A DNA stretch of 29,017 bases from an uncultured Anaerolineae bacterium (GCA_964590135.1 CAZPVX010000008.1:1-29017), one strand, 5' to 3'; counted from the first letter of the stretch, positions 7,843-16,726 are shown. Notes: generated by a model not told the origin, from the letters alone. Numbers and translations: made by a program.

Positions 7843-9696
7843 TCAGTCTTCATCGTCAAATTCGTCAAAGCGACCGGGCTTGTGCTTCTTCTGCGCCACC
7901 ATGCGACCCAATTCTTCGTCATAGACCAGCACGCGGTCCTTCTTGCCAGCCTTGATGTCTTTCGGGTGTTTCTTCGCGCCGGCGGCCTTGGTTGCGTCTT
8001 CGCCGTCCTCGTCTTCGCCGTCCTTCTTCTCGCTCATCGCTTCGATGAAGTATTGCTGGGCTTCCTCGGTGGTCTCCTCGGTTTTCACCGGCGCTGGCTC
8101 AGCCTCCGGCGCAATTGCCTCAGCCTGGACGGGTGCTGCGCCCTCTGGCGCGGCCGGCGCAGGCGTCTCCACCTTCCACTGCCCCACCGCCTTATCAAGC
8201 GATTGCTTGATTTCGTTCAGCGCCTTCGGGCCAATGCCCTCGATGGACAGGAAGCCCTCGTCACCGCGCACGCTGTATTCCAGCAATTGACCGACCGAGA
8301 CGATGCCGGCGCCAACGATGTGCTGCGCCACGCGCGGCGAAAGATTCAACTCCTCAAGCGGCATGGCATACGCTGCCTTCGGGATGGCTGCGATGGCAGC
8401 CTGACGCGCCTGCCGGCGCTCCTCGTTGTTGTCACGGCTCGGTGTCAGCGGAAGGTCGGCATTCTGCTGGCGCGCCATCTGATAGCCAAAGACGCTATCG
8501 ATGGCGCGCTTTACCGCCACAAATTCCTCAGTCGAGAGCGCGGTCGGCAGCGCGCGCTGGCGCACCATCAACTCCTTGAGCATCGGCACGCCCTGCATCA
8601 CTTCCTCGCCCACCCATGCGCGCAAATCCGCGTTCTCATCGATCTGGTTGAGCGCCTCGCCGAGGGATTCACTCACACTCTTGATGTCGATGCGCCAGCC
8701 GGTCAGCCGCGCAGCCAGGCGCGCATTCTGCCCCTCGCGGCCAATCGCCAGTGAAAGCTGGTCGTTTGGCACCACGACGAGCGCGCCCTTCTGCTCGTTG
8801 GGATGCACGGCCATCACCTTGGCCGGCCCCAGCGCCTTCGTAATGTAGGCCGTCGGGTCGGCGCTCCACTCGATGATGTCGATCTTCTCGTTGTGCAACT
8901 CGTTGATGATGCTCTGGATGCGCGCGCCGCGCTGGCCGACGCACGCGCCGACCGGATCGACATTCGGCTGCAAGGCAGCCACTGCCACCTTTGAGCGCGA
9001 GCCTGGCTCACGGGTGATCGATTTGATCTCGACCAGGCCGTTGGCAATCTCCGGCACCTCAATTTCGAGCAGCCGGCGCAGGAAATTCTTGTTGGTGCGC
9101 GAAAGGGTGATCTGCGGGCCGCGCCCGCTGCGCTTCACCTCAGCAACATAGGCGCGCACCTTCTGCTGCCCGTCATATTTCTCGCCGGGGATTTGCTCCT
9201 TGCGCGGCAGGGTGGCTTCGATGCGGCCCAGGTTCAGCACGACGCCGGCGGCAGTCACGCTCTGCACCGCGCCAATCACGATCTCGCCCTCACGCTCGAC
9301 GAACGTGTTGTATTGAAAATCGCGCTCGGCCTCGCGCAGCTTCTGCACGATCAGTTGTTTGGCGTTCTGCGCGGCAATGCGGCCGAAGTCCTTCGGCGTG
9401 ACATCCACCATGATGCAGTCACCCATGACCGCGTCTGGCTTCTGCTTCAACGCCTCATCCAACACCACTTCGGTGCGGTCGTCCATCAGATCGTCGACCA
9501 CTTCCTTTTCGACGAAGACGCGCATGTCGCCGCTATCCAAATCCACCGTGGCAGCCACATTCTGGCTGTTCATGATGTTGGCGTATTTGCGGAAGGACTG
9601 TACGAGCGCGCCTTCGATCACCTTGGCGATGATCTCCTTCGGCAAGCTGCGCTCGGAGCCGATTTGGTTGAGTGCCAGTGCAAATTCGCTTTTCAT
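7843..9696 (-). CDS. nusA: Transcription termination/antitermination factor NusA with a long C-terminal extension (HhH/AR-like domain plus an acidic Lys/Glu/Asp tail ending DEFDDED)
   Basis: The N-terminal NTD, S1 and KH domains are present ('[30 protein letters not shown]...', '[23 protein letters not shown]', '[20 protein letters not shown]'). ATG at 9694-9696 with GAGGT 9 nt upstream. Confidence 0.93.
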   Translation of the reverse strand: MKSEFALALNQIGSERSLPKEIIAKVIEGALVQSFRKYANIMNSQNVAATVDLDSGDMRVFVEKEVVDDLMDDRTEVVLDEALKQKPDAVMGDCIMVDVTPKDFGRIAAQNAKQLIVQKLREAERDFQYNTFVEREGEIVIGAVQSVTAAGVVLNLGRIEATLPRKEQIPGEKYDGQQKVRAYVAEVKRSGRGPQITLSRTNKNFLRRLLEIEVPEIANGLVEIKSITREPGSRSKVAVAALQPNVDPVGACVGQRGARIQSIINELHNEKIDIIEWSADPTAYITKALGPAKVMAVHPNEQKGALVVVPNDQLSLAIGREGQNARLAARLTGWRIDIKSVSESLGEALNQIDENADLRAWVGEEVMQGVPMLKELMVRQRALPTALSTEEFVAVKRAIDSVFGYQMARQQNADLPLTPSRDNNEERRQARQAAIAAIPKAAYAMPLEELNLSPRVAQHIVGAGIVSVGQLLEYSVRGDEGFLSIEGIGPKALNEIKQSLDKAVGQWKVETPAPAAPEGAAPVQAEAIAPEAEPAPVKTEETTEEAQQYFIEAMSEKKDGEDEDGEDATKAAGAKKHPKDIKAGKKDRVLVYDEELGRMVAQKKHKPGRFDEFDDED

Positions 9697-9711
9697 GACC
9701 GATTTACCTCA

Positions 9712-9748
9712 CGCGCTAGAAAAGAGAAAGTGGGCTTTCGACCCACTT
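9712..9748 (-). terminator. Leader attenuator in the nusA 5' UTR. On the mRNA a weak 7-bp hairpin (AAGUGGG-UCGAAAG-CCCACUU) is followed by UCUCUUUUCU, and it ends ~15 nt upstream of the SD.
   Basis: Read from the sequence (9728-9734 pairs with 9742-9748). The weak stem and interrupted U-tract match the architecture reported for NusA-dependent/autoregulatory terminators in the B. subtilis nusA leader. Confidence 0.45.
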
Positions 9749-9783
9749 CCATCTGTCAACTCGCTTGAAGTTGTAAGTGCAAT

Positions 9784-9812
9784 AGTTTACCGCGTCACCA
9801 AGCGGCTGTCAA
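9784..9812 (-). promoter_or_regulatory. Candidate sigma70-type promoter of the nusA operon: -35 TTGACA (minus strand, 9812-9807), 17-nt spacer, -10 TAAACT (9789-9784). Predicted TSS is ~9777, giving an ~80-nt leader that contains the attenuator hairpin.
   Basis: Perfect -35 hexamer with the optimal 17-nt spacer and a 4/6 -10 match. It lies in a 340-nt non-coding divergent region. Confidence 0.45.
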
Positions 9813-9953
9813 CGGAAATGGGCTTTTTTCGCGCTTCCACCGATGTGAATTTTACTCGCAAAAGACGCAGTTGAATGCGACCTGAAACTGGCCTTAATGT
9901 CGCTGCGGGGTGTAATCGGACGATCGCGCCGAGAATTCTGGCAAAACGGCGCG

Positions 9954-9982
9954 CTTGAAATACACTTAGGGCGTGTATAGAT
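9954..9982 (+). promoter_or_regulatory. Weak candidate promoter for the SPFH-domain gene (cTTGAAA-15/16 nt-TATAGAt), overlapping a small palindrome TACAC-N7-GTGTA
   Basis: Sequence motifs only. The spacer and -10 are suboptimal. Confidence 0.2.
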
Positions 9983-10036
9983 TCACGCGCCAGCGCTCAA
10001 ATGACCTGCCGGCGCTGTTCGTCAATGGGGAGACGA

Positions 10037-11317
10037 ATGACCACACAGAACAACACATCCACATCGAACACGAAAAAGACTGAACGAGCATTCGATCCAC
10101 GTCGATATGGCCTGATCTTGCTGGCACTGCTGGGCGGCTATTTGATCATGACCGCGTTGGAATTGGGGCTAAGCATTGCGCTGGCCTATCAGCCACAGGG
10201 AATATTGACATCCCTGATCTCCACCACACTGTTCTTCGGCTTCATTGCCTTCGGCATCACCATCTTTTTCCGGCCAGCTTACATCCCGAAATTCCCAATC
10301 AAGCCCATCCACGTCTCCTTGTTCGTCACCGGCGTGGGATTGTTTCTACTGTTGGCCTTAATCTCGCTTCGCCAATCTGACGACGAGAGCCGGCTGCGCA
10401 TCATACTGATCACAATGGTGCTATCAGTGATCGGAATCATGATCGGATCTAGTTTGAGGGCGTGGTTTGACAAACATCCAGAGAAATTTAATGGCAACCT
10501 CCTGGCAATGGTGATTGCCGTGGCCGGCGCGATGCTCAGCGCACTGATCGCGCCAACGCTGCTGCATATCGACGATCCCATCATCGCCTTGCAGATGGCT
10601 ATCCTGTTGCTGATGTTCGGCATCGTGCTGTTCGTCGCCTTGATTGTGCTAGACATCATCAACACCCCCAACACCAAGTCAGAGACGGTGCCGGATGGGC
10701 ACGCCGGCGTAGTGCGCGTGAAAGGCCGCATCGAGCGCATCACCTTCGACAAATCCATGGAGTTGAAGAAAGGCGAGGTGCTTGACAAGGTGGACATGCG
10801 ATTGCACGGCTCCGCCGTAACCGCCAAGGACTGCATGACTGCCGATCATGTGCCAACGGATATTCGAGCCAGCATCGAGTGGAAATTGATCGCCACCGAA
10901 GATGACGTGCGCGCCTTCCACACAAAATCAGACGATCCAGAGGGCGCAATCAAGACGCTGGCGGAGTACGCCATCGTCAATGAGATTGGCCAGCGCGTCA
11001 GCTTGTATATCGCCGGCCGCGAAGATCAGATTGCCGCCGGCGTTCAGCGGCGCTTGACTGGCGCAGCGAAACAGTATGGCATCAGCGTGAAAGGCGTAGC
11101 CATCACCCACGCGCTGTTGAAGTACCCCACGCCGGCGCAGAGCATGTCGCCACTGACCGAGGTGAGCCGGCTGAACGTGATGGACCCGGTGGTGCGCAAG
11201 GCAGCAGCGAAGACGGTGAAACACGCCGAGGCCGTGATGAATGCGGAGGCTACTGCCATCGCTTGCAAGGAGGAGAAAGGCATGGGCGAGGGCAATGATC
11301 CACCCCATTCGCATTGA
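10037..11317 (+). CDS. Integral membrane protein with six predicted N-terminal TM helices fused to a C-terminal SPFH (band-7 / stomatin-prohibitin-flotillin-HflK/C) domain
   Basis: Six hydrophobic ~20-aa segments are followed by 'SDDPEGAIKTLAEYAIVNEIGQRVSLYIAGREDQIAAGVQRRLTGAAKQYGISVKGVAITHALLKYP'. This matches the SPFH core (...LRxxIGxxxLDELLxxRxxIxxxxxxxLxxxxxxWGIxVxxVxIKDIxxP). Start chosen at ATG 10037, which has GGGGAG 5 nt upstream; the ORF track starts at 10001. Confidence 0.6.
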   Translation: MTTQNNTSTSNTKKTERAFDPRRYGLILLALLGGYLIMTALELGLSIALAYQPQGILTSLISTTLFFGFIAFGITIFFRPAYIPKFPIKPIHVSLFVTGVGLFLLLALISLRQSDDESRLRIILITMVLSVIGIMIGSSLRAWFDKHPEKFNGNLLAMVIAVAGAMLSALIAPTLLHIDDPIIALQMAILLLMFGIVLFVALIVLDIINTPNTKSETVPDGHAGVVRVKGRIERITFDKSMELKKGEVLDKVDMRLHGSAVTAKDCMTADHVPTDIRASIEWKLIATEDDVRAFHTKSDDPEGAIKTLAEYAIVNEIGQRVSLYIAGREDQIAAGVQRRLTGAAKQYGISVKGVAITHALLKYPTPAQSMSPLTEVSRLNVMDPVVRKAAAKTVKHAEAVMNAEATAIACKEEKGMGEGNDPPHSH

Positions 11318-11395
11318 AGCCGCGCAGCAGCGCGCCGGCAGCAGTGCGAGTCGGGTTACACTACGCCCATTCTTGGGATAACCTGATTCTCATTC

Positions 11396-12073
11396 ATGGT
11401 CAAACTCATCATCTTCTTTCGCAGGCCGGCGGATGTAGACGCCTTCGAGGAGTACTTCTCCAACACGCACGTGCCGTTGATGGCCGCAATGCCAAACCAG
11501 AAGCGCACCGCCGTCACCCGTGCGATTGGCGCGCCGCGCGGCGAGCCGCCGTTCTACCTCATCCACGAGATCTATTTTGCAGACTTGCCGGCGCTGACCT
11601 ACGCGCTGAACTCACCCGAGGGCCGCGCCGCCGGCGCTGACCTGATGGGCTTTGCGCGTGAGATCGTCTCGCTCATGTTCGCCGAAGTGTGGGGGGAGGA
11701 TCCGTTTGAGATGGGCTTGATGGGTCACGAGCCGGCGCCGGCGGAAGAAGAGCCGCCCGCCGCACCACCCGCCGAGAAGTCAAAACTCGTGCCGATCGAC
11801 ACCAGCTTCCTGGAAAAGCCAGCCAAGACAATGACGGTGGAAGAGGCGATTCTGGGGCCGGACTACAAGAAAGCTGCGCCGGCAATCGAGGCGACTGAAG
11901 CGTTAGCCGAAGCTGCGGTTGAAGCGACTGCACCGCCGCCTGCCGCAGAAGCGTCTACCGCGTCCATCACGGAATCATCCGCGCCTGAATCCACTGCAAC
12001 AGAAACGCCGGCGACTGCTGCGCCAGCCTCGTCAACTGCCACATCGGAGTTGGAGCGAGGTGAAGACGTTTGA
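11396..12073 (+). CDS. EthD-like / dimeric alpha+beta-barrel (stress-responsive Dabb-type) domain protein with a ~110-aa low-complexity Ala/Pro/Glu/Thr-rich C-terminal tail
   Basis: The N-terminal ~100 aa 'MVKLIIFFRRPADVDAFEEYFSNTHVPLMAAMPN...PFYLIHEIYFADLPALTYALNSPEG' fits the EthD/TIGR02118 fold. The remainder is compositionally biased (PAPAEEEPPAAPPAEK...TAPPPAAEASTASITESSAPESTATETPATAAPASSTATSE). Confidence 0.5.
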   Translation: MVKLIIFFRRPADVDAFEEYFSNTHVPLMAAMPNQKRTAVTRAIGAPRGEPPFYLIHEIYFADLPALTYALNSPEGRAAGADLMGFAREIVSLMFAEVWGEDPFEMGLMGHEPAPAEEEPPAAPPAEKSKLVPIDTSFLEKPAKTMTVEEAILGPDYKKAAPAIEATEALAEAAVEATAPPPAAEASTASITESSAPESTATETPATAAPASSTATSELERGEDV

Positions 12074-12126
12074 TAACCCGGACGCGCAAGAGGAGCGCGC
12101 GCGATTCTGCGTGATATAGAGGTCTC

Positions 12127-12885
12127 ATGAATCACACCCATGCCTTTGTCAAGCCGCCGGCATACTCCTATGCCAATGCGCTCACGAGCCAGGCCGATCC
12201 GCAGCCAGTCGATCTCGCGCTGGCGCGGCAGCAGCATTTCGCCTATGTCACCGCGCTGCGTGATCTGGGCTTGCAGGTGACCGAGCTCGCGCCAGATGAA
12301 AATTTCCCCGATGCGTGCTTCGTGCAGGACGTGGCGCTTGCCATTGATGGACAGTTGATCGTGACGCGGCCCGGCGCGGAGAGCCGGCGCGGAGAGCCCG
12401 ATGCGATGATGGACGCCCTGCGCAGCACTGGCTTGCCCATCCAGCGCATTGTCGCGCCGGCGATGCTGGACGGTGGCGACGTGATGCTCACCGAAGATGC
12501 TGCATACGTCGGTCTGGGCGCGCGCACCAATGCCGATGCCGTGGCGCAATTGCAGGGCATGCTGCGCCGCAAGGTGGTCGGCGTGCCGCTGCCGGCCGGC
12601 CTGCATCTACTGAGCAGTTGCAGCTACCTCGGGGATGGCAAGGTGTTGGTCACGCGCGCATGCGCAGACTGTCCTGAAATGCAAGGCTTTGAGCAATTCG
12701 TCATCGCGCCGGACGAAACCTATGCGGCCAATGTGTTGGTGCTGAGCCGGCACGCCTTGATGCCGGCCGGCTTCCCGCTGACCGAAAGCATCTTGCGCAG
12801 CGCCGGCTTGCAGCCGCACGTGCTCGACATGAGCGAGTTCGAGAAGCGCGATGGCGGCGTCACTTGTTTGAGCCTGTTGTGGTAA
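12127..12885 (+). CDS. Dimethylarginine dimethylaminohydrolase (DDAH)-like enzyme of the amidinotransferase/guanidino-modifying superfamily
   Basis: Size (252 aa), the C-terminal 'DGGVTCLSLLW' with the catalytic Cys (compare DDAH '...LTCCSVL'), and superfamily-typical internal motifs (DGQLIVTRPG, DGGDVMLTEDAAYVGLGARTN). AGAGG lies 5 nt upstream of the ATG. Confidence 0.7.
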   Translation: MNHTHAFVKPPAYSYANALTSQADPQPVDLALARQQHFAYVTALRDLGLQVTELAPDENFPDACFVQDVALAIDGQLIVTRPGAESRRGEPDAMMDALRSTGLPIQRIVAPAMLDGGDVMLTEDAAYVGLGARTNADAVAQLQGMLRRKVVGVPLPAGLHLLSSCSYLGDGKVLVTRACADCPEMQGFEQFVIAPDETYAANVLVLSRHALMPAGFPLTESILRSAGLQPHVLDMSEFEKRDGGVTCLSLLW

Positions 12886-12927
12886 ACAGGCTGGATGAAA
12901 TATTGCAGCATCCGTTGACAGCGCCAA

Positions 12928-13287
12928 ATGAGTGAGGTGCAGCGATACTTCTCGCCCGATGGGCGCTATTGCATCGCCGTCGGCAGCTATGAGATGCGCA
13001 TGTCGCACTGGATCAACACCGCTTCCCTGATGCGGATCGAGCCGCGCGAATTGCTGCTTGAAATGGGCGATTCACTATGGAGCACAGATTTGATCGAATG
13101 GAGCGCGGACAGCCGGCGCGTCACAGTGGAGATGCGACGCTACCCGGGCGATGCGCCATCGATCACGCTTGACTTGCTGCCATACGAGATGCTGGCGGTA
13201 CCGCATGCGCCGGCGGATGCGCAGCCCATCTCCTTTGCCTCATTCAACACTTTTCTGGACGGCTTCTATCGCCGGCGCCGCCCATGA
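12928..13287 (+). CDS. Small hypothetical protein (119 aa)
   Basis: Its amino-acid composition is ordinary and protein-like, unlike the overlapping Arg/His-rich ORF on the opposite strand. I recognise no family and see no clear SD. Confidence 0.4.
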   Translation: MSEVQRYFSPDGRYCIAVGSYEMRMSHWINTASLMRIEPRELLLEMGDSLWSTDLIEWSADSRRVTVEMRRYPGDAPSITLDLLPYEMLAVPHAPADAQPISFASFNTFLDGFYRRRRP

Positions 13288-13292
13288 ATGAT

Positions 13293-13344
13293 GCGCGACG
13301 CATCCTTCACCCTGGAGCTTGCCAATAGTCAGGATGCGTCGCGC
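13293..13344. terminator. Large hairpin between the convergent genes 12928-13287 (+) and MFS 13350-14696 (-): a 13-bp perfect GC-rich inverted repeat GCGCGACGCATCC ... GGATGCGTCGCGC with a 26-nt loop
   Basis: Read from the sequence (13293-13305 pairs with 13332-13344). Flanking U-content is only modest on both strands. It may act as a bidirectional terminator or a protein-binding site. Confidence 0.35.
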
Positions 13345-13349
13345 TTGCA

Positions 13350-14696
13350 TCAAGCATTGCGCGGCTTGGGCAGGCCATAGCTCAGCCAAGCGCCAATGAA
13401 TGCAACGCCGGCGGCAACGGCAAACAGCACGATGTAGGCCAATGCGCTCAGGCCGGCGCTGGTGAAGGCGTTGATCATCACGCCACCCAGCAGCGGCAAC
13501 AGCGACGCCGTGCCGGCGATGGTGCTGACCGCGCCGACGTAGATCGGTCGATCCGCCTCCGGCGCGCTGTCTTGCGCATAGCTGAAGAAGCCCACCATCA
13601 TCGAGCGATTGACCGCGCCGTTGATCGCCATCACCAGGGTGATGGCAACCAGATCGAACTCCTTCGATTGAAATGGCATCAGCGCGATGCCAAGCGTGAT
13701 GAGCGGAGCGATGAACTGCAAGGTGCAGGCTGCATTCACCACCCGCCGCGCGCCGTAGCGATCGGCCAGCCAGCCGAAGCAAATGATGCCGATCAGTCCG
13801 CCGATCACGACCGCGATGGTGAAGATGCCGATGGAGGAGGTGGGCAATTCCAGGCGCTCCAGCGCGAAAACGATGTAGAACGCGGCAGCCATGTTCTCCA
13901 CGCCTGTGAACAGACGCGCCAGCAACATGCGCCGGAAAGCCGCATCGTTGCGCCATGCTTCAAGCAGCTTCTGGTTGAAGTTTGATTTTGCCTCTTCGTG
14001 CGCCGGCGCCGCCTCGCTCACGCGCTCACGGATGAACAGCATCGCGCCAAACGAGAGCATGATGAAGATCCAGGCGAAGAAAAACAGCAACGCATAGTTG
14101 GTCGGGAAAGGCAGCGCCGGCGATGACAACACCTCCGTAACGATGATGCCGGCGCCGATGCCGCCGACCGATGCAAGCAATTGATTCACCGTGATCACGC
14201 GCGCCTTCGTGCGCGGCGTGAGCGCGCGGCCAAACATGTCAAACCACGCCTGGCTGGTGAAGGCGTCAAAGATCATCAGCACCGTGACCAGCGCGATGAG
14301 AATCCACACTGTGAGCGTGGCTTGCTGCGCCTGCGTGATGAGCAGCCATAGCGCAAAGACGAGCAGTGTTTGCCGGCCGATGATCGCCGGCACGACCGAA
14401 TATGGCTTGGTGCGACGCTTGCCATGCACCACCCGGGCGGCGAATAGTTGCGGCAGCAGATATGCCACATACCACGCCAGGCTGATCAGGCCAATGAGCG
14501 ATTTGTCCTCGGTCAGTTGTGCGGCCAGTGCGGTGATGACGGTGGTGAGCGGGATGAAGTAGGTGCCAATGCCCCAGAACATCGAGTCGCCGCCAAAGGC
14601 GAGCTTGTTTCGCAGGAGGTCGAGCGGCGGATTGTTGGACGTGTCGCCTGCGACAAGCGGCGCGGCTTGAGGTGTAATCGGTGGTTGCATGGGCAT
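13350..14696 (-). CDS. MFS transporter (12-TM major facilitator)
   Basis: Hydrophobic periodicity and MFS-like loop motifs. It is a paralogue of the divergently transcribed neighbour. The start is uncertain: in-frame ATGs lie at 14786, 14753, 14696 and 14690; 14696 (MPMQPP...) was chosen. Confidence 0.75.
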   Translation of the reverse strand: MPMQPPITPQAAPLVAGDTSNNPPLDLLRNKLAFGGDSMFWGIGTYFIPLTTVITALAAQLTEDKSLIGLISLAWYVAYLLPQLFAARVVHGKRRTKPYSVVPAIIGRQTLLVFALWLLITQAQQATLTVWILIALVTVLMIFDAFTSQAWFDMFGRALTPRTKARVITVNQLLASVGGIGAGIIVTEVLSSPALPFPTNYALLFFFAWIFIMLSFGAMLFIRERVSEAAPAHEEAKSNFNQKLLEAWRNDAAFRRMLLARLFTGVENMAAAFYIVFALERLELPTSSIGIFTIAVVIGGLIGIICFGWLADRYGARRVVNAACTLQFIAPLITLGIALMPFQSKEFDLVAITLVMAINGAVNRSMMVGFFSYAQDSAPEADRPIYVGAVSTIAGTASLLPLLGGVMINAFTSAGLSALAYIVLFAVAAGVAFIGAWLSYGLPKPRNA

Positions 14697-14768
14697 GCTG
14701 ATGATACAGGCGGGGCGAATGCGCGAAAAGGAATGAATCGTTGCAAGCCGCATGGTTTGGCAGGTGAA

Positions 14769-14797
14769 GAGCCGGCGAGCGCGCATCTCGCCGGCTC
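14769..14797. promoter_or_regulatory. Perfect palindrome GAGCCGGCGAG-N7-CTCGCCGGCTC in the divergent MFS/MFS intergenic region. It is a candidate operator or leader hairpin. The most upstream possible ATG of the minus-strand MFS gene (14784-14786) would sit in its loop.
   Basis: Read from the sequence. An 11-bp perfect GC-rich inverted repeat with a 7-nt spacer lies between two divergent promoters. Confidence 0.4.
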
Positions 14798-14828
14798 ATG
14801 CTAAAGTGTCCGCACCGTCGCTCCACCC

Positions 14829-16088
14829 ATGAAACAAGATGTGCTGCCGCCACAGATCAAGTTTGTTTACCTCTTCCAGGCATTCAATTCGATTTCGTGG
14901 CAGATGTGCCTCGCCGGCCCGCTGATTTTGTTTGCGCGCGAGCTGGGTGCGACATCGCTGGCGCTCGGCATTCTCGCCGGCCTCACTCCGCTCGCATCCA
15001 TCGTGCAGATGCCCTTCGCACAGCGCGCCGAGCGCATCGGCTACAAGCGTCTCACAGTCTCAGGCTGGACGTCGCGCACGTTCATCCTTGCCACCCTCGT
15101 GCTGCTGCCGTTTGCCGCTGCGTGGATCGACCCGCAAGTCGTTGTCGGGATCATGCTGGTCACGATGATCGCATTCACGGTGCTGCGCGGCATCGGCATT
15201 GCGGCCTGGCTGCCATGGATCAGTGCATTGGTTCCGCGCAGCATTCGCGGCTTGTATCTCAGCCGCGATCGCTTCTTCGTGAACGGGGCCAACCTGATTG
15301 CGCTGGCGCTGTCTGGCGCGATTCTGGCCGCCGGCCACGCGCTCACGGCCTATGCGGTCGTCTTCGGCATTGGCGCCGCCGCGGCGTTCACCAGCTTGTT
15401 CTTCCTGCGGCGCATGCCCGATGCAAAACCCGTCACCACGCCGGCACAAGCCAGGCAGCAACGCCGCTGGCGCGACCTGTTGCGTGACCTGCCGTATCGC
15501 CGGCTGATGCTGTTCGCGTTGATGGTGCAAGTCGTCATCGCGGCCAATGGCACGTTTGTGATCGTGTTTGTGCGCGAGCAGATCGGCATCTCCGATGGCA
15601 TGATTTTGTGGCTGACTGCAACAGCGTCCCTGGCCGGCATCATCACGGTGCTGGCGCTGCGCAACCGCACTGACCAGCGCGGCAGCAAGCCGTTCCTTTG
15701 GCTGGCGCTAGGCATGTGGGCTGGCGCGATCTTTTTGTGGTTGCTGCTGGCCGGCGGTGTGGCGAGCGGCGTTGCGCCACTGCTTGCCGGCGCGCTGCTG
15801 GTGATCGGCGGCGTATCTGCGGCGGCTTACGATCTTTCTGTCACGCGCCTGATAATGAACACCGTCGGCGACAAACCGGGCAACGCGCAGTACTTCGCGC
15901 TGAACTCGGCAGTCGTCAACATCGTGGCCGCGATGATGCCGGTGATTTGGGGCGCGCTGCTGGACGCGTGGCGGAGCGTGGACGCCAGCTTCGGCGCGCT
16001 CGATGTGAATCGCTACACGCTGTTCTTCGGTGCGGAGTTGCTGCTGCTCAGCCTTGTGGCGCTCGCGCTGCGGCGGGTGCGGGAATAG
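14829..16088 (+). CDS. MFS transporter (12-TM), paralogous to the divergently oriented upstream MFS gene
   Basis: A 419-aa polytopic membrane protein with MFS-like topology and cytoplasmic loop motifs. Confidence 0.8.
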   Translation: MKQDVLPPQIKFVYLFQAFNSISWQMCLAGPLILFARELGATSLALGILAGLTPLASIVQMPFAQRAERIGYKRLTVSGWTSRTFILATLVLLPFAAAWIDPQVVVGIMLVTMIAFTVLRGIGIAAWLPWISALVPRSIRGLYLSRDRFFVNGANLIALALSGAILAAGHALTAYAVVFGIGAAAAFTSLFFLRRMPDAKPVTTPAQARQQRRWRDLLRDLPYRRLMLFALMVQVVIAANGTFVIVFVREQIGISDGMILWLTATASLAGIITVLALRNRTDQRGSKPFLWLALGMWAGAIFLWLLLAGGVASGVAPLLAGALLVIGGVSAAAYDLSVTRLIMNTVGDKPGNAQYFALNSAVVNIVAAMMPVIWGALLDAWRSVDASFGALDVNRYTLFFGAELLLLSLVALALRRVRE

Positions 16089-16089
16089 C

Positions 16090-16665
16090 CTATCGCTTTT
16101 CTAGTGAGGAATCCTGCTTCGCGGCTTGCACGGTGAGCTTCGCCAGCACACCCTTCCAATAGGCCTTCATCTTTGCCACGTCATCGGCGGTGGCGAGTTT
16201 GCTGTGTTGCACGACGACCTGCACTTTGCCGGCGCCTTTTTCCACGAGGCGGAGGTTGGGACGCGAGCCATCCGGCCATTTGAGATAGATCGTTTTGCCC
16301 GCCTCATTGATGGAGCTGATCGCTGGCTTCGACTCGCCGAGCAGTCTGTTGCGCTTGCGCGTGTCGCTGAAGATGGCAAACATGGCGCCAGCGTCGCCGG
16401 CGAAGGTCTTGCTGATATTGGCTGCGTAGCCATCGGGCATCTGATTGCGGTTGCGCAGTCCTCGCGCGCGCTCATACTCGCCGGTGACTGATTGGCCCCA
16501 CCAGCCCTCCAGTCCATATTTCTCTTTCAACAGCTTGACGATCTGTGGATGGGTCATCCTGTCGGCACCGGCAGCATCGAGCACGGCGAACCATTCTGAC
16601 CACGGCTTGCCGGTCTTCGCCTTCACCGCCACGTCACTGATGCTGCGCTGTTCGATCGGTTTCAC
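16090..16665 (-). CDS. DUF4287-domain protein with a C-terminal SRPBCC/DUF5655-like domain
   Basis: The N-terminal 'ISDVAVKAKTGKPWSEWFAVLDAAGADRMTHPQIVKLL' is typical of DUF4287. GTG start at 16663-16665. Convergent with the MFS gene, leaving a 1-nt gap between the stop codons. Confidence 0.5.
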   Translation of the reverse strand: MKPIEQRSISDVAVKAKTGKPWSEWFAVLDAAGADRMTHPQIVKLLKEKYGLEGWWGQSVTGEYERARGLRNRNQMPDGYAANISKTFAGDAGAMFAIFSDTRKRNRLLGESKPAISSINEAGKTIYLKWPDGSRPNLRLVEKGAGKVQVVVQHSKLATADDVAKMKAYWKGVLAKLTVQAAKQDSSLEKR

Positions 16666-16726
16666 TTTGCTCTAGATGGGTTGATACAGGTCATCACTCA
16701 GGCCGTTCCAAGCACCGCTCATCTCG

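Noticed and set aside
7782-7922. N-terminal extension of ylxR overlapping the nusA 3' end (130-aa ORF)
   Set aside because: The conserved YlxR domain begins at MRTCIGTR. The extension would overlap nusA by 80 nt and is Trp/Arg-rich with no homology character.
7735-8754. 339-aa + strand ORF antisense to nusA; 3752-4477, 16847-17722, 20354-20956, 21735-22403, 23047-23832 and 24957-26018 are similar cases
   Set aside because: All lie antisense to well-supported genes and have biased R/A/H/L composition typical of stop-codon-poor GC-rich antisense frames.
11919-12119. 66-aa Arg/Pro-rich ORF overlapping the EthD tail
   Set aside because: An alternative frame of a low-complexity GC-rich region, with implausible composition.
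13240-13956. 238-aa minus-strand ORF overlapping the small + ORF and the MFS 3' end
   Set aside because: The His/Arg/Gly-rich junk composition makes it out of frame with the MFS gene. It is a shadow of the real MFS CDS.
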